Positions 20,025-30,255 of a stretch of DNA of 64,000 nucleotides are shown one piece after another. The notes beneath the pieces are model-generated. The model saw nothing but the letters and a program-made list of their open reading frames with translations, made no database searches and was not told the DNA's origin. Within the stretch, counting starts at the first letter, position 1. The number at the start of each line of letters is the position of its first letter. This DNA is from a virus: positions 1 to 64,000 of the IMG/VR virus record IMGVR_UViG_3300036770_006954. One strand, written 5' to 3'. Both the position numbers and the translations under genes were made by a program.

Positions 20025-21863
20025 TTAAGAAAAAGAAACATTTTGTAAGTTTTTAACCCTCACAACAATATCTTTTTGAGGATATCTAACTTGATATATC
20101 TGATTTGGCTCAGCAAAAATTGTATCATCAACGGGTTGTATAATTCGTAACTCGGGGTCCGAATAAGCCATTGATGTTTCTGACGAAGAATATTGTCCAC
20201 CAACTTTATTTTCGATTGTAATATCCGCAACTGTAATAACACCTGTAGTATTTTGCACAATGCTTCTGAGTTGAGATAGGTATACATTTTCACCTAATTC
20301 TCTACTGAGTGGGTTAAAGTAATCTGAGATTCTATTTACCACTTCTGAAATAATTTGTCCTGAGTTTTGTGTTGCATCAAGAACCACTGAAACATCAACA
20401 CCTAAATCAATTACATCCGCAGTTGTTACCTGAATGTAATCATTTATCATACGATAATTTGACAAGTAATTAGCAACATTCTGTCTAAGTGTATTAGAAA
20501 CTATGTTAGTCAATTTACCTGAAGTGTCATATGACAAAAGATTAATTAGAATCTTATTATTGTTTTCAGTGATAGAAACTTTAGCAGGAGCACCAAATTG
20601 ACTTGGCATATTTCTTAATAAGGATTCGTAATCATTAACCGTAACCGCTCTTTTTTGTGCTGAGAAGTTAAATGAAACATAGTTTCTCACCTCTTCCGTT
20701 GTTGGCACATTTGAACCACCAATTGCGGCGGTTGGGTTGTTACATCTTAATGAGTTAATTACCGAACTATTAATTGTTTGTGATGGTCCGTTTACAAAGA
20801 ATGAAACAGTCCCAATTTGGTTAATCACATTTGTCCCAATATTAGTTGACAAACCACCACCAATTCGGTATTGTACAAATAAAGTTGAGTTGGGCACCAA
20901 AGTTGAACCAAGTGAGAAGTTATTACTCAATGATTGAAAATTTACTGGTGTTCCTAAATTGGTAAATGCATTTAATTGGTCTTGAGCGGAAGTAGTTCCA
21001 CCCCCAAAAGTCATCTTTAAAAATCCTTCAGGTGTGTATTCAGTAATAAATCTATTATTAGTTTGAATGTATCTACCAACTTTTAGACCTGGTTGGTCAG
21101 CAACTTTAGTTGGGTCTTCAATAAAAACTCTATCTTCAGCAAGGGCATCAACTTCTAACCATCTATTTGTTAAACCTAAAAATTCAGATGCTGTGGGTAC
21201 ATTTGTATAGTTAGTTCCCGACTTTAACAAAACACTTGTGATTCCCAAGACATTCTTTTCAGGTAAAAACAATTCAAAAAATGGTCTAACATCACTGGCG
21301 TTAATAACTCTTTTAAAAACCTTAGTAATTCCATTAACCACCAATTCTCTCTTTGTAATTGTGTAGTTAATAAGATTCCCGTTAGCATCGAAATTTGGAA
21401 TTTTTGTTCTATTTGGAAATCCTGAACTATTATATGGTGAGGCGAAATCAACATCATTTTGATTTTCAAACGCAATACCCGCTCCGAAAACCTGAGACCC
21501 TCTTGTCAATATACCAAGGTATCTTTCATCTTCTTTATCACCAAAAGCCGGTACCGTGATTGAATAATCAACTAAAGCGACAGATGGTCTCTGTCCCGGT
21601 ATTTTTAGACCATATGTTCTGGCAATATTATAAATTGATGACCTTTGTTGTGCAAATTGAAGTACGGTTTCCTGAATACTTCTATCAATGTTATAATGTA
21701 GGTTGTCGGCAACTGCAGCATTCAAATCCAAAAATACTGAAAATACTGACGCATCATTGAAATCTTGGATTAGTTCAGGGTAATAAGACCTGACATAATT
21801 TTGTAATTCAACTCTAATACTCTCGTAATCTCTAGCAGTATAGGAAATTCTGTTGTTAGCCAT
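20025..21863 (-). CDS. Baseplate wedge subunit (T4 gp6 / baseplate J-like)
   Basis: YTARDYESIR, AQQRSSIYNIARTYG, YRIGGG..TN and QKRAVTVNDYE motifs; adjacent to a gp25-like gene. Confidence 0.85.
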   Translation of the reverse strand: MANNRISYTARDYESIRVELQNYVRSYYPELIQDFNDASVFSVFLDLNAAVADNLHYNIDRSIQETVLQFAQQRSSIYNIARTYGLKIPGQRPSVALVDYSITVPAFGDKEDERYLGILTRGSQVFGAGIAFENQNDVDFASPYNSSGFPNRTKIPNFDANGNLINYTITKRELVVNGITKVFKRVINASDVRPFFELFLPEKNVLGITSVLLKSGTNYTNVPTASEFLGLTNRWLEVDALAEDRVFIEDPTKVADQPGLKVGRYIQTNNRFITEYTPEGFLKMTFGGGTTSAQDQLNAFTNLGTPVNFQSLSNNFSLGSTLVPNSTLFVQYRIGGGLSTNIGTNVINQIGTVSFFVNGPSQTINSSVINSLRCNNPTAAIGGSNVPTTEEVRNYVSFNFSAQKRAVTVNDYESLLRNMPSQFGAPAKVSITENNNKILINLLSYDTSGKLTNIVSNTLRQNVANYLSNYRMINDYIQVTTADVIDLGVDVSVVLDATQNSGQIISEVVNRISDYFNPLSRELGENVYLSQLRSIVQNTTGVITVADITIENKVGGQYSSSETSMAYSDPELRIIQPVDDTIFAEPNQIYQVRYPQKDIVVRVKNLQNVSFS

Positions 21864-21869
21864 ATAATG

Positions 21870-22340
21870 TTAAATATTCAATATGATAAAATCACTTTGA
21901 GCAAAAGTGTTGTTATCCACAGCATAATCAATTCTAACCTTTGCAGTATATTCTGAAGTTCCTTTGCCAGGAACTTTAAAAATATTATCACGATTTTGAC
22001 CAGGTAATGGTTCACCTTTAGCCAAGGGAACTTCTTCAGAAGGGTCAGCAGGTTCAATCGTAATATTATTAATTAATAAATTTGGCATAAATTGTTCAAC
22101 GGAATCCCGAATGTCAGCTTCAATTGCATCAAAGGTTAAACCATCAAAAGGTTCAAATAGAAATTCATATAATCTTGTACCAAAAGTTGGTAGATAATAC
22201 CTTGAACCTTTTTTTGTTAATAATAAATGGATTAAATCACTTCTAATTTGAGCAAATTGTGTTTCAGTTAATAACAAAAAGTCTCCTTTAGGTGAGTCCT
22301 CAAAGGGGAATGCCAATCCATATGTAACACCTTCTGCCAT
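21870..22340 (-). CDS. Baseplate wedge/sheath initiator (T4 gp25-like)
   Basis: GLAFPF...IRSDLIHLLLTKKGSRYYLPTFGTRLYEFLFEP; start reassigned to MAEG at 22340 because the longer ORF overlaps a terminator. Confidence 0.85.
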   Translation of the reverse strand: MAEGVTYGLAFPFEDSPKGDFLLLTETQFAQIRSDLIHLLLTKKGSRYYLPTFGTRLYEFLFEPFDGLTFDAIEADIRDSVEQFMPNLLINNITIEPADPSEEVPLAKGEPLPGQNRDNIFKVPGKGTSEYTAKVRIDYAVDNNTFAQSDFIILNI

Positions 22341-22378
22341 ATGAGATAAATATACCTTTGTTTTTTTTATAAGAAATG

Positions 22379-22409
22379 AAAAAACCCGACACCTTAGTGA
22401 CGGGTTTTT
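22379..22409 (-). terminator. Intrinsic terminator after nrdA
   Basis: aaaaacccg-acac ctta gtga-cgggttttt inverted repeat with A/T tracts on both sides. Confidence 0.7.
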
Positions 22410-22434
22410 CATTAATTACGAAAATTTCCTTTTA

Positions 22435-24147
22435 TTACGCCTCACAAGCCACACAATGAAGGTCATTCAAGTTCAATTTCTTTCTAGCAAAAGCTTGAGC
22501 TGAATTCATTGAATGTTGGTAATAAAGTGTCTTCACACCTAATTGCCATGCGTCAATCAGAAGTTTATTCACATCTTTAGTTGGCATATCAGGTGATATC
22601 ATCAAGTTCAAAGATTGTGATTGGTCAATGTAATCTTGTCTGATAGCCGCTTGGTTAATGATTGTGGATTGATTGATTTCAGCAAAAGTTCGGAAGACCT
22701 CCTTTTGTTCATCTGTCAAAAATTCAAGGTGTTGAACTGAACCATCATGTTTTTTGATACTTTCCCATGTAGTTTTGTTATCCTTACCTAAATCAGCTAA
22801 CAGTGTTTTTAAAACAGGGTTTTTGATAGTTACCTTTAGTTTTGCGACATCTTTCACATAACAATTTGACCAAATTGGTTCAATCGATTGTGACACTTGT
22901 CCCAAGATAAATGCTGAAGATGTTGTGGGTGCAATCGCATTTAAAGTGACATTCCTCCTACCATATCCTTTTAATGTTTCAGGTTCACCAAAAATTTGAG
23001 CTAATTCTTCCGACGCTTTATATGATTTGTCTTTGATTAGTTTAAAAACTTCAACATTCAATCGTGCTGTGTCTCTACTATCAAAGGGTAGATTTTTAGA
23101 TTGAAGTAATGAATGCCAACCTAATACTCCCAATCCAAGTGCTCTTTGTCTTTTAGCGAAGTTATAAGCCTTTTCAAGATAGAAGAATGCTCTTTGTCCT
23201 TCAATAGTACCATTGTTTCTAATGTTATCAATTTTATTAATAAACTCTGAAACAACAGCGTCTAAGAAATATACCATCATTTCAACTGCATCGGTATCTT
23301 TCCACTCTTCGTAGTGTAAAAGATTCATAGACGATAGTACACAAACAAAAGATTCTTCCTCAGAATTATGAAGAGCGATTTCAGAGCAAAGATTTGAATT
23401 GTAAATCTTCATGTCTTTGTCTCTGTAAACTTCAGGAGCCTTGTTATTCATAGTATCGGTGAACATAATATATGGATAACCAATTTCACCTCTTCTTTGA
23501 ATCACTTTAGCCCAAATTGCTCTCTTTTGTTTGTCTCCCGCAATCATCTCTTGCATAAATTCATCAGTCACAGTGACTGCATGAGTTAGGTCTTGGATTG
23601 GAAACCCTTCAGTACCAATTTCTAAAAACTCTTTGATGTCAGGGTGTTCAATTGGTAGGTACGGTGAGAAACGACCTCTACGAGTTGAACCCTGAGAGAT
23701 ATTGTCCACAACACTTTGGAACAAATTCATAAAGTGAACCGCCCCTGGCGCGTGTCCATTATCAGTAATTTCCGCACCTCTTCCACGAATATTACCAAAA
23801 TAACCAGATGTACCACCCCCCATTTTACTCATTTCACCGACTTCCGCTTGAGTGTACAAAATAGATTCAATGTTGTCTCCAACATTAGAACCGAAGCAAC
23901 TGACGGGGAGACCTCTTTTTTTACCAAAATTTGCCCAAACAGGGGAAGATAGAGAATACCAACCTTTACCCATATACTCATAGAATTTATCTGCAAATCC
24001 GTCAATACCAAGCAAGGTTTCTGCATGGTCACAAATTATTCTAATTCTTTCAAGGGGTTCTTCTCCTTCACTCAAGTATCCACGACGAAGAAAAGTAATG
24101 GACTCCTCGTTAATCCAATCGAAAGGTTTTCTATCTTCCATTTTCAT
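22435..24147 (-). CDS. nrdA: Ribonucleotide reductase class I alpha subunit, lacking an ATP-cone
   Basis: PVSCF, NLCSEI active site, APTTSS, TLYY, C-terminal CVAC; short (570 aa). Confidence 0.95.
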   Translation of the reverse strand: MKMEDRKPFDWINEESITFLRRGYLSEGEEPLERIRIICDHAETLLGIDGFADKFYEYMGKGWYSLSSPVWANFGKKRGLPVSCFGSNVGDNIESILYTQAEVGEMSKMGGGTSGYFGNIRGRGAEITDNGHAPGAVHFMNLFQSVVDNISQGSTRRGRFSPYLPIEHPDIKEFLEIGTEGFPIQDLTHAVTVTDEFMQEMIAGDKQKRAIWAKVIQRRGEIGYPYIMFTDTMNNKAPEVYRDKDMKIYNSNLCSEIALHNSEEESFVCVLSSMNLLHYEEWKDTDAVEMMVYFLDAVVSEFINKIDNIRNNGTIEGQRAFFYLEKAYNFAKRQRALGLGVLGWHSLLQSKNLPFDSRDTARLNVEVFKLIKDKSYKASEELAQIFGEPETLKGYGRRNVTLNAIAPTTSSAFILGQVSQSIEPIWSNCYVKDVAKLKVTIKNPVLKTLLADLGKDNKTTWESIKKHDGSVQHLEFLTDEQKEVFRTFAEINQSTIINQAAIRQDYIDQSQSLNLMISPDMPTKDVNKLLIDAWQLGVKTLYYQHSMNSAQAFARKKLNLNDLHCVACEA

Positions 24148-24159
24148 TAGTTATTATTA

Positions 24160-25437
24160 TTAAAATAAATCATTTAAAGTTATTGATTTTGATTTTTTAC
24201 TATAGTTAATACTTCTTTTGTTGAAGAAATCTGTATGTTTTGTTGTTAAAATTTCATCATCAAACCATTCGGTAGTTTCCAATATTTTTTCATCAACTGA
24301 AAAGACATTATCAATACCAATAGCATTTAATGATACATTAAATCTGTGTTTAATAAACTCAATTGTTTGCTCTTTGGTTAAGAAATCTAAGTCACCTTCC
24401 TCGAAAATCCAATTAACAATTTCCTCCTCAGCTTCAAAAGCTTCTTTAGTCGCGTCAATTAGGTCAGATATTAAATCTTGTGTCCACCAAGAAGGGTTTT
24501 CCTTTTTTATCAGGTTTACCAAATCGAATCCAAATTCAGCATGAATATTCTCTTCTTTAGAAGTCGCTTCCACAGCATTACTCATACCCTTTAAAACATT
24601 TTTATGTTTATTGAAAGACATAATAACTAAGAACTGTGAGAACAATGAAACATTCTCTACGAACATTGAGAAGAGAACCACAGACTCAAAATAATCTCGA
24701 TTATCAACTGACTTGGAGTTCGCAATAGACTTCTCCAAATACTTAATTCTTTTGCGGATTGCAGGTACCTCAAGTAAGTTTTCAAACTCACTATTCAAAC
24801 CTAAAACTTGAATCAAATTTGAATATGCATCTGCATGTCTAACTTCGGATTCCGCGAAGGTTGCTCCAACATTTCCGATTTCCGGTTTTGGTAATCTTTT
24901 AGAGATGTCACCCCAAAAAGTTTTGACAGCTATTTCAATTTGTGAAATCGCTAACATAGCCCTTTGTACTGAAGTTTTTTCTTTGTCATTTAAGTGTACC
25001 TTAAAATCCTGAATGTCAGAAGTAAAATTAAACTCCGTATGAACCCAATAGGAATGACGAATCGCATCAACATATTCAACAAGGTTAGGATATTCATAGG
25101 GTTTTAAATTTACTCTTTTAGTAAAGATGTTGGGTTGGTGTTTTGAGCGATAAATAATATACTCCTTAGCAACATCATTCAGACCATTATCCATAAGTTT
25201 GTTTTCCACCATGTCGTGAATTTCATCAACATGAGGAACATGAAATTTGTTTCCACGGAAAATCCCTTTGGTTGTTAGTCTAGCAACCTTATCTGCCATT
25301 TCCTCGTCGATTTTGCCGACGGATTCCATAGCTTTTAAAATTGCCCTTTTGATTTTTTCGGGTTCGAAAGTAACTTTTTCACCACTTCTTTTGATTACCT
25401 GACGAGTATCTATTTTTAATTCAAAATGATTGTTCAT
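24160..25437 (-). CDS. nrdB: Ribonucleotide reductase beta subunit with N-terminal ATP-cone (class Id / NrdBi-like)
   Basis: VIKRSGEKVTFEPEKIKRAI ATP-cone; QIEIAVK, ESEVRHADAY, ENVSLFSQF, EENIH; TDFF at the C-terminus. Confidence 0.92.
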   Translation of the reverse strand: MNNHFELKIDTRQVIKRSGEKVTFEPEKIKRAILKAMESVGKIDEEMADKVARLTTKGIFRGNKFHVPHVDEIHDMVENKLMDNGLNDVAKEYIIYRSKHQPNIFTKRVNLKPYEYPNLVEYVDAIRHSYWVHTEFNFTSDIQDFKVHLNDKEKTSVQRAMLAISQIEIAVKTFWGDISKRLPKPEIGNVGATFAESEVRHADAYSNLIQVLGLNSEFENLLEVPAIRKRIKYLEKSIANSKSVDNRDYFESVVLFSMFVENVSLFSQFLVIMSFNKHKNVLKGMSNAVEATSKEENIHAEFGFDLVNLIKKENPSWWTQDLISDLIDATKEAFEAEEEIVNWIFEEGDLDFLTKEQTIEFIKHRFNVSLNAIGIDNVFSVDEKILETTEWFDDEILTTKHTDFFNKRSINYSKKSKSITLNDLF

Positions 25438-25473
25438 ATTTTTTGGGGTTTTTATTTGTGTTTAAATTGGCAA

Positions 25474-26085
25474 TTATTGATGTGAATAATTAAATATTTC
25501 AAAGTCAACGTGATAATGGTCACGAATAATTTCTAAACTTTCAGGTTCATAAATTTCCTACCACTTAGTTTTAATTTGACTACAATTTTCATGAGGTAAA
25601 AACAAATTCATTTTGTAAGGTAAAGACCGTCTTTGGTTCCATTCTATTTGGAAATTTTTCCATTCGGAAACCAAAGTTTCGTAACGTAATACTTTATCTA
25701 CAACAATTCTTTTGTTAAGTGTAACAAATTTATATTGTGGCCAATAGTGTTGATGACCTAAATCAACACTCGGTTTTCCTGGTGTTCCGATTTTCTTTAC
25801 AAAATCATTAAAGGCCTTTTTGTATGTATCAACACTGATTGGTCCGGGATGTGGATGATTGAATTTCCAAGCAGAATAAAACCTATCATACGGATTTCTC
25901 ACAACACACATACTATCATAATGAAGTAAAACTTCTTCATCATGTTTTTGGTATTCATCGAAAATTGTATCATGACAATGTCCTTCATTAGGATAGTCGG
26001 TTTTATTTATCAAAGATAGATGAATACTTGTAGAAGCGTTTTTTGGTATCGCAATGAAAATTAATTTCCACTTATGGTATATCAT
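25474..26085 (-). CDS. Sulfotransferase family 2 protein interrupted by an in-frame TAG at 25558-25560 (pseudogene, readthrough or sequence error)
   Basis: FIAIPKNASTSI (5'-PSB), VVRNPYDRFYSAW (3'-PB), HYWPQ; the frame continues after TAG as EIYEPESLEIIRDHYHVDFEIFNYSHQ-TAA. Confidence 0.8.
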
Positions 26086-26098
26086 AAAATTTAAATTA

Positions 26099-27484
26099 TT
26101 AAAACGGATTATTATTTTGTTCCTGTCGTGCTTTTCTCTTCTCCAATAACTCTTTGATTCTTTCTTGTTTTTTCTCAACCTGTTGTTCTTCGAAACCTAA
26201 GAAGGTTACTGAAGACTCAGTATCTATAATTAATAATTCGTTATCAAATTTACAGTTCTCAAAAACAACACCATCTTGCCCCAAACGAGATTTAGTAATT
26301 GCCATTGTTGCCAATTTCATCTCTTTTTGTTGAAGGGTCTTTGCAACTGAAATAATTACATGACCTACTTGAGCCTTTTTGATTGAACCACCCATTTGGT
26401 CAGTAGTGACAACTTCAGAAGAAATTGATGAACGATTACCTTGGGTTGCAGTCCAACCTGCCAAATTAAGTTCGTGACACATCGCCTCAAAATGTCTCAT
26501 GACTGAACCCTCAGCTTTCCACTCATCGTTTTTGAGATTATCAGGTACGACACAATCAATGTAATCCAAAGTAATCATGTCAATCTTAATTCCATCAGCA
26601 ATCATTTTTCTTACCTGATTTTTGATTTGATTCATTGTCATCGTATCAGAGGGTAGTTTTTTGAGTATAAGTCGATTTGGCATTGAGTTCTGAACCTCAA
26701 GTACTTTTTCCATCACATCTTCTTTCATCAAGGCGAGGTTATCTGGTTCTATACCTGTCCATAGAGTGATATGTTTTCTCTGAATTATTTTAACATTATC
26801 CTCAAAGAATATTTGAAGAACATTGTAACCAAGGTTGTATGCTGAGTTTGCAATTTTTGTCATCAGGGTAGTTTTTCCCACACCAGTTGGTGCGAGAATA
26901 ACTCCAATTTCACCTTTTGCCAAACCCCCTTTTAAGAGTCTATCAATACCTGCAATACCCATTGGGATAGGATGTCTATAATCATCATTTAAAACATCAT
27001 CTAACCCACTGAAAACATCTAATACACCTGTTTCTCTTTCTCCTACTTGAAGTGCTTCACGAACCATACTCTCCACTTGGTCGTATGATTCGAAGTCTCC
27101 TTGGGTGATAATTTTCTGCGCTTTGTCCATAGCCTTTTGAAGTTCTTGTTGTTTACAAAACTTCAACGCCTTTTCTTGAACAAAGACGCTACCATCAAAT
27201 GGAGCGTCCTTGATTTGTTTTAGAGTGTCTAAAACAATCTTCAATGCAAGTTCTTGAGAAATCTCTGCTTTAGCAATTTGTTCTAAAGTATCGAAAGTGG
27301 GTGTTGATTGATATTTTCCATAATATTCGCGAATCATTTGAACAACAATTTTGAAGTATTTGTTGTCAAAATACGAGGATTCTAATACATCTACAATAGA
27401 CTGTGCAAATTCTTTATCTACGATAATTTGGTTTAAAAGTTGGATTTGAAATGTGTTACCGAGATAGTCAAAATTCTTAGTCAT
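26099..27484 (-). CDS. Replicative DnaB/gp41-like helicase
   Basis: Walker A APTGVGKT, LDYID, WTATQGNR, KSRLG; likely start MTKNF. Confidence 0.9.
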   Translation of the reverse strand: MTKNFDYLGNTFQIQLLNQIIVDKEFAQSIVDVLESSYFDNKYFKIVVQMIREYYGKYQSTPTFDTLEQIAKAEISQELALKIVLDTLKQIKDAPFDGSVFVQEKALKFCKQQELQKAMDKAQKIITQGDFESYDQVESMVREALQVGERETGVLDVFSGLDDVLNDDYRHPIPMGIAGIDRLLKGGLAKGEIGVILAPTGVGKTTLMTKIANSAYNLGYNVLQIFFEDNVKIIQRKHITLWTGIEPDNLALMKEDVMEKVLEVQNSMPNRLILKKLPSDTMTMNQIKNQVRKMIADGIKIDMITLDYIDCVVPDNLKNDEWKAEGSVMRHFEAMCHELNLAGWTATQGNRSSISSEVVTTDQMGGSIKKAQVGHVIISVAKTLQQKEMKLATMAITKSRLGQDGVVFENCKFDNELLIIDTESSVTFLGFEEQQVEKKQERIKELLEKRKARQEQNNNPF

Positions 27485-27508
27485 ATAATTGTGTGTATTC
27501 ATTAAATA

Positions 27509-27961
27509 TTACTTAGACAAGTCGTATTCCATGTAGTTGTGAGAGAAAATCTCACCTGAAAAAATGTCAGTCAAGCCTTTCAAAATATTTTTTAGGCTGG
27601 GACGTACATCAACCGTATATCTGACTTTTGGGGGAAACAATTTACCGTCAAAAATTCTGTGAAAAATTTTTTCTTCGCCCAATTTGACATACATATGAAA
27701 GTTCTCAGGACCATCAGTATTTGATGTGTTAAGAACCTCGGGGTCCAAGTAAATGGATTCTTGATTGTCCATCATGTACATGACAGTCTTCATCTTTAAA
27801 TCTTGGACTAGGTCATCTTCAACTTGTCTCATAAAGTCGACAAGCTCCACCGAGCGACCCGCGTTTGGATTGTAGTTCCTTACATTGTAGAATCTTTGAA
27901 CTACGATATTCTCATTCAGAGTTAGAAGGAACTCCATTTTGATAATTGATTCTTCTTTCAT
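27509..27961 (-). CDS. Hypothetical protein in the replication block
   Basis: 150 aa ORF overlapping the exonuclease stop codon. Confidence 0.7.
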   Translation of the reverse strand: MKEESIIKMEFLLTLNENIVVQRFYNVRNYNPNAGRSVELVDFMRQVEDDLVQDLKMKTVMYMMDNQESIYLDPEVLNTSNTDGPENFHMYVKLGEEKIFHRIFDGKLFPPKVRYTVDVRPSLKNILKGLTDIFSGEIFSHNYMEYDLSK

Positions 27962-28974
27962 AATTGATTTTGATTAGATTGATTAAATTTTCTTTTTTCT
28001 TTTCTTGTTAATTTTAAAAATGGTTTTAAGAACTCAACGAATGCTTCGTCGCTCTTGGGAAGATACTTGAAGAATCCATCTTCCATCATCATTGATATAA
28101 TATTCTTCCTGTCTCGACCTTCAGGGTCCAAACTCTCTGAGTAATATAATGTAACAATTTCTTGACCTTCTTCAGTTATCATAGGACTACCTAAGTCCAT
28201 AATCCTTTGATTAATTATGTAGAATTCATTCCCTAATTCACCATCTTTTGTTCGACCATTTACGATATTTTTCAAAACATTGAGCTTGTTATTTTCTTCA
28301 ATCAATCTCTTTGTTCTTGTTAAAATATCATCAACATTAAGTGTTGTTTCAAGTACCTCAGGAAAAAATTTTACAAAAGTTTTTTCTCCGAGTCTTTCAA
28401 TACCTTGGATGTTATCACTTTTATCTCCCATCAAAATTTTGACTGTTAAAATGTTTTGATGTGGAATATAATAGTCCCCGAACTTAACCTTATCACCCAT
28501 ACGGTAAGTGTATCGTTGGAGTGGTGAATAAACGCTTGTCGTCTCGTTAATTAATTGCAACAAATCTTTATCCGAGGAAAAAATAACCTTGGTTTCCTCG
28601 GTTGCCATTTGACAATAAAATGCAATCAAGTCATCTGATTCGTTTTCCTCAACTTCAATTTGTCGCACGAAACACTCTTCAAGATATTGTTTCACTCTAT
28701 CTTTTTGCGTATGATATGACTCGAGTTTTTCCTCGGTCATATCATTTTTACGATTTAATTTGTAGTTAGGATATATTTCGCGTCTAAACTTGGAGTTCTG
28801 CTTTCCATCCCAAAATACGATGACTTTATCGTACTCGTTGTCGACCAATTGTCGACGGAGGGTATTGAGGAAGTGAAAGACTCCCCCAATATGATTCCCC
28901 TCGACAAATAATTCTCGGACTCCGTGGAATCCGATTTTAAATAAATTATCTCCATCTACTAAAAGAGTTTTCAC
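27958..28974 (-). CDS. 5'-3' exonuclease / flap endonuclease (T4 RNase H-like)
   Basis: LLVDGDNL, YPNYKLNR, ESDDLIA, SSDKDLLQL, GDKSDNIQGI motifs. Confidence 0.92.
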   Translation of the reverse strand: MKTLLVDGDNLFKIGFHGVRELFVEGNHIGGVFHFLNTLRRQLVDNEYDKVIVFWDGKQNSKFRREIYPNYKLNRKNDMTEEKLESYHTQKDRVKQYLEECFVRQIEVEENESDDLIAFYCQMATEETKVIFSSDKDLLQLINETTSVYSPLQRYTYRMGDKVKFGDYYIPHQNILTVKILMGDKSDNIQGIERLGEKTFVKFFPEVLETTLNVDDILTRTKRLIEENNKLNVLKNIVNGRTKDGELGNEFYIINQRIMDLGSPMITEEGQEIVTLYYSESLDPEGRDRKNIISMMMEDGFFKYLPKSDEAFVEFLKPFLKLTRKEKRKFNQSNQNQL

Positions 28975-28984
28975 AAAGAAGATA

Positions 28985-29992
28985 TTAAAGTTCTTCCTTT
29001 TCGTCCGTCAATGTAAAATCTCCTTCAGTTCCGATTACTTCTTTCCAATAATCAGAATGTTGTTTTTTGTAAGCCTCAATCGAAGACTTTTCTTCAGCAG
29101 TATCTTTACCAGCCAAGAAACCATGTGGTGTTACGATGATTCTACCATCTTCATAACCCAATCCATTTATGTGATTTTTCATCACAGAGACTTTTGTTCG
29201 AGTTGCGAATTTGACAGTACGCTTGTCCTTAGTTGCGGTAATTTTTGTAGTACCAGCCCCTTTTTGGTTTCCAAACAAGAATACCAATGAAGAATTCAGC
29301 CACACCGATTCACCACCTTTGGCCTTAATCTTAGGTTGTCCGAATGGATTATCAGGAAGTTCAACCCAAGGTTGATTTACAATAACAAGTGTGTTTTCGA
29401 ACTTAGAATCTGCCTTTCTTGAACCTGAAATTCTTTGGTTAATTCCCATCCCGATTTTATCTGAAAGAGTTGCCGCATTGTGTTGCTTGCCACCCTTACC
29501 ATCATAAGTCATTTTAGAAGGAATAGAACCTACAGAATCCCACAGGAAACATAAACTATAATCTAATTCACCCTTCTCTTGAGCATCCAATAGTTCGTTG
29601 ATGTAATCGGTAATTTGTTCGATGTAGTCGAAATTATTGTTGAATATAAAAAATCCGTCCCAATCAATTTCACCAGTTTCTTCGTCAACAACTTCTTGAC
29701 ATTCAAAACCCATAAGTTTGGCGTGTTCAAAACTCCACTTCTGTTCAGTGATAATAAAGACAGGAAGAATTTCCTTCTTTTGTGCGTCAACCGCAGCCTT
29801 CACCAACGCAGTTGTCTTTCCTGTATCTGAGTGTCCCAAGAACATATTGATATGCCCAATTGCAGGACCAGGAAGACCAACCGCATCCAAAAAGTCAGGA
29901 CCCAAGTCAAAAAATCTTTGGGGTTTATACTTTGCAGAAGTTGAGTATTTCTTCTTAAATGAAGAAAAATCAGTTGTTTTCTTGATTGCCAT
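28985..29992 (-). CDS. RecA/UvsX-like recombinase
   Basis: Walker A GHSDTGKTT, LWDSVG Walker B, VNQ, KGG, KNH. Confidence 0.88.
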   Translation of the reverse strand: MAIKKTTDFSSFKKKYSTSAKYKPQRFFDLGPDFLDAVGLPGPAIGHINMFLGHSDTGKTTALVKAAVDAQKKEILPVFIITEQKWSFEHAKLMGFECQEVVDEETGEIDWDGFFIFNNNFDYIEQITDYINELLDAQEKGELDYSLCFLWDSVGSIPSKMTYDGKGGKQHNAATLSDKIGMGINQRISGSRKADSKFENTLVIVNQPWVELPDNPFGQPKIKAKGGESVWLNSSLVFLFGNQKGAGTTKITATKDKRTVKFATRTKVSVMKNHINGLGYEDGRIIVTPHGFLAGKDTAEEKSSIEAYKKQHSDYWKEVIGTEGDFTLTDEKEEL

Positions 29993-30206
29993 TATATTTC
30001 CAAAATTCTGTTAACACTTGAAGTTTGTCACTTGCATTTGCCAACTTTTCCACCATGTTGTCCATTTCCTCCAACATTTGTGGGTGTTCACCAATACCAG
30101 CAGCGTTTTCAAGATAAATCATTAGAGTCGCTTCCGCCTCCAAGATTTGAGCCTCATACTTTTTTTTGAGACTATCGATTGTTCTTTGTCTTGTTTCTTT
30201 TGTCAT
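29970..30206 (-). CDS. Small coiled-coil hypothetical protein (GIGEHP motif)
   Basis: Likely start MTKETRQ just downstream of a terminator hairpin. Confidence 0.65.
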   Translation of the reverse strand: MTKETRQRTIDSLKKKYEAQILEAEATLMIYLENAAGIGEHPQMLEEMDNMVEKLANASDKLQVLTEFWKYNGNQENN

Positions 30207-30223
30207 GTTTTTAAGAATTAAAA

Positions 30224-30243
30224 GGGTGGGGTTTCCCCCACCC
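30224..30243 (-). terminator. Intrinsic terminator after the SSB gene
   Basis: GGGUGGGG-GAAA-CCCCACCC followed by UUUU on the minus strand. Confidence 0.8.
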
Positions 30244-30255
30244 AACTAACTTAAA

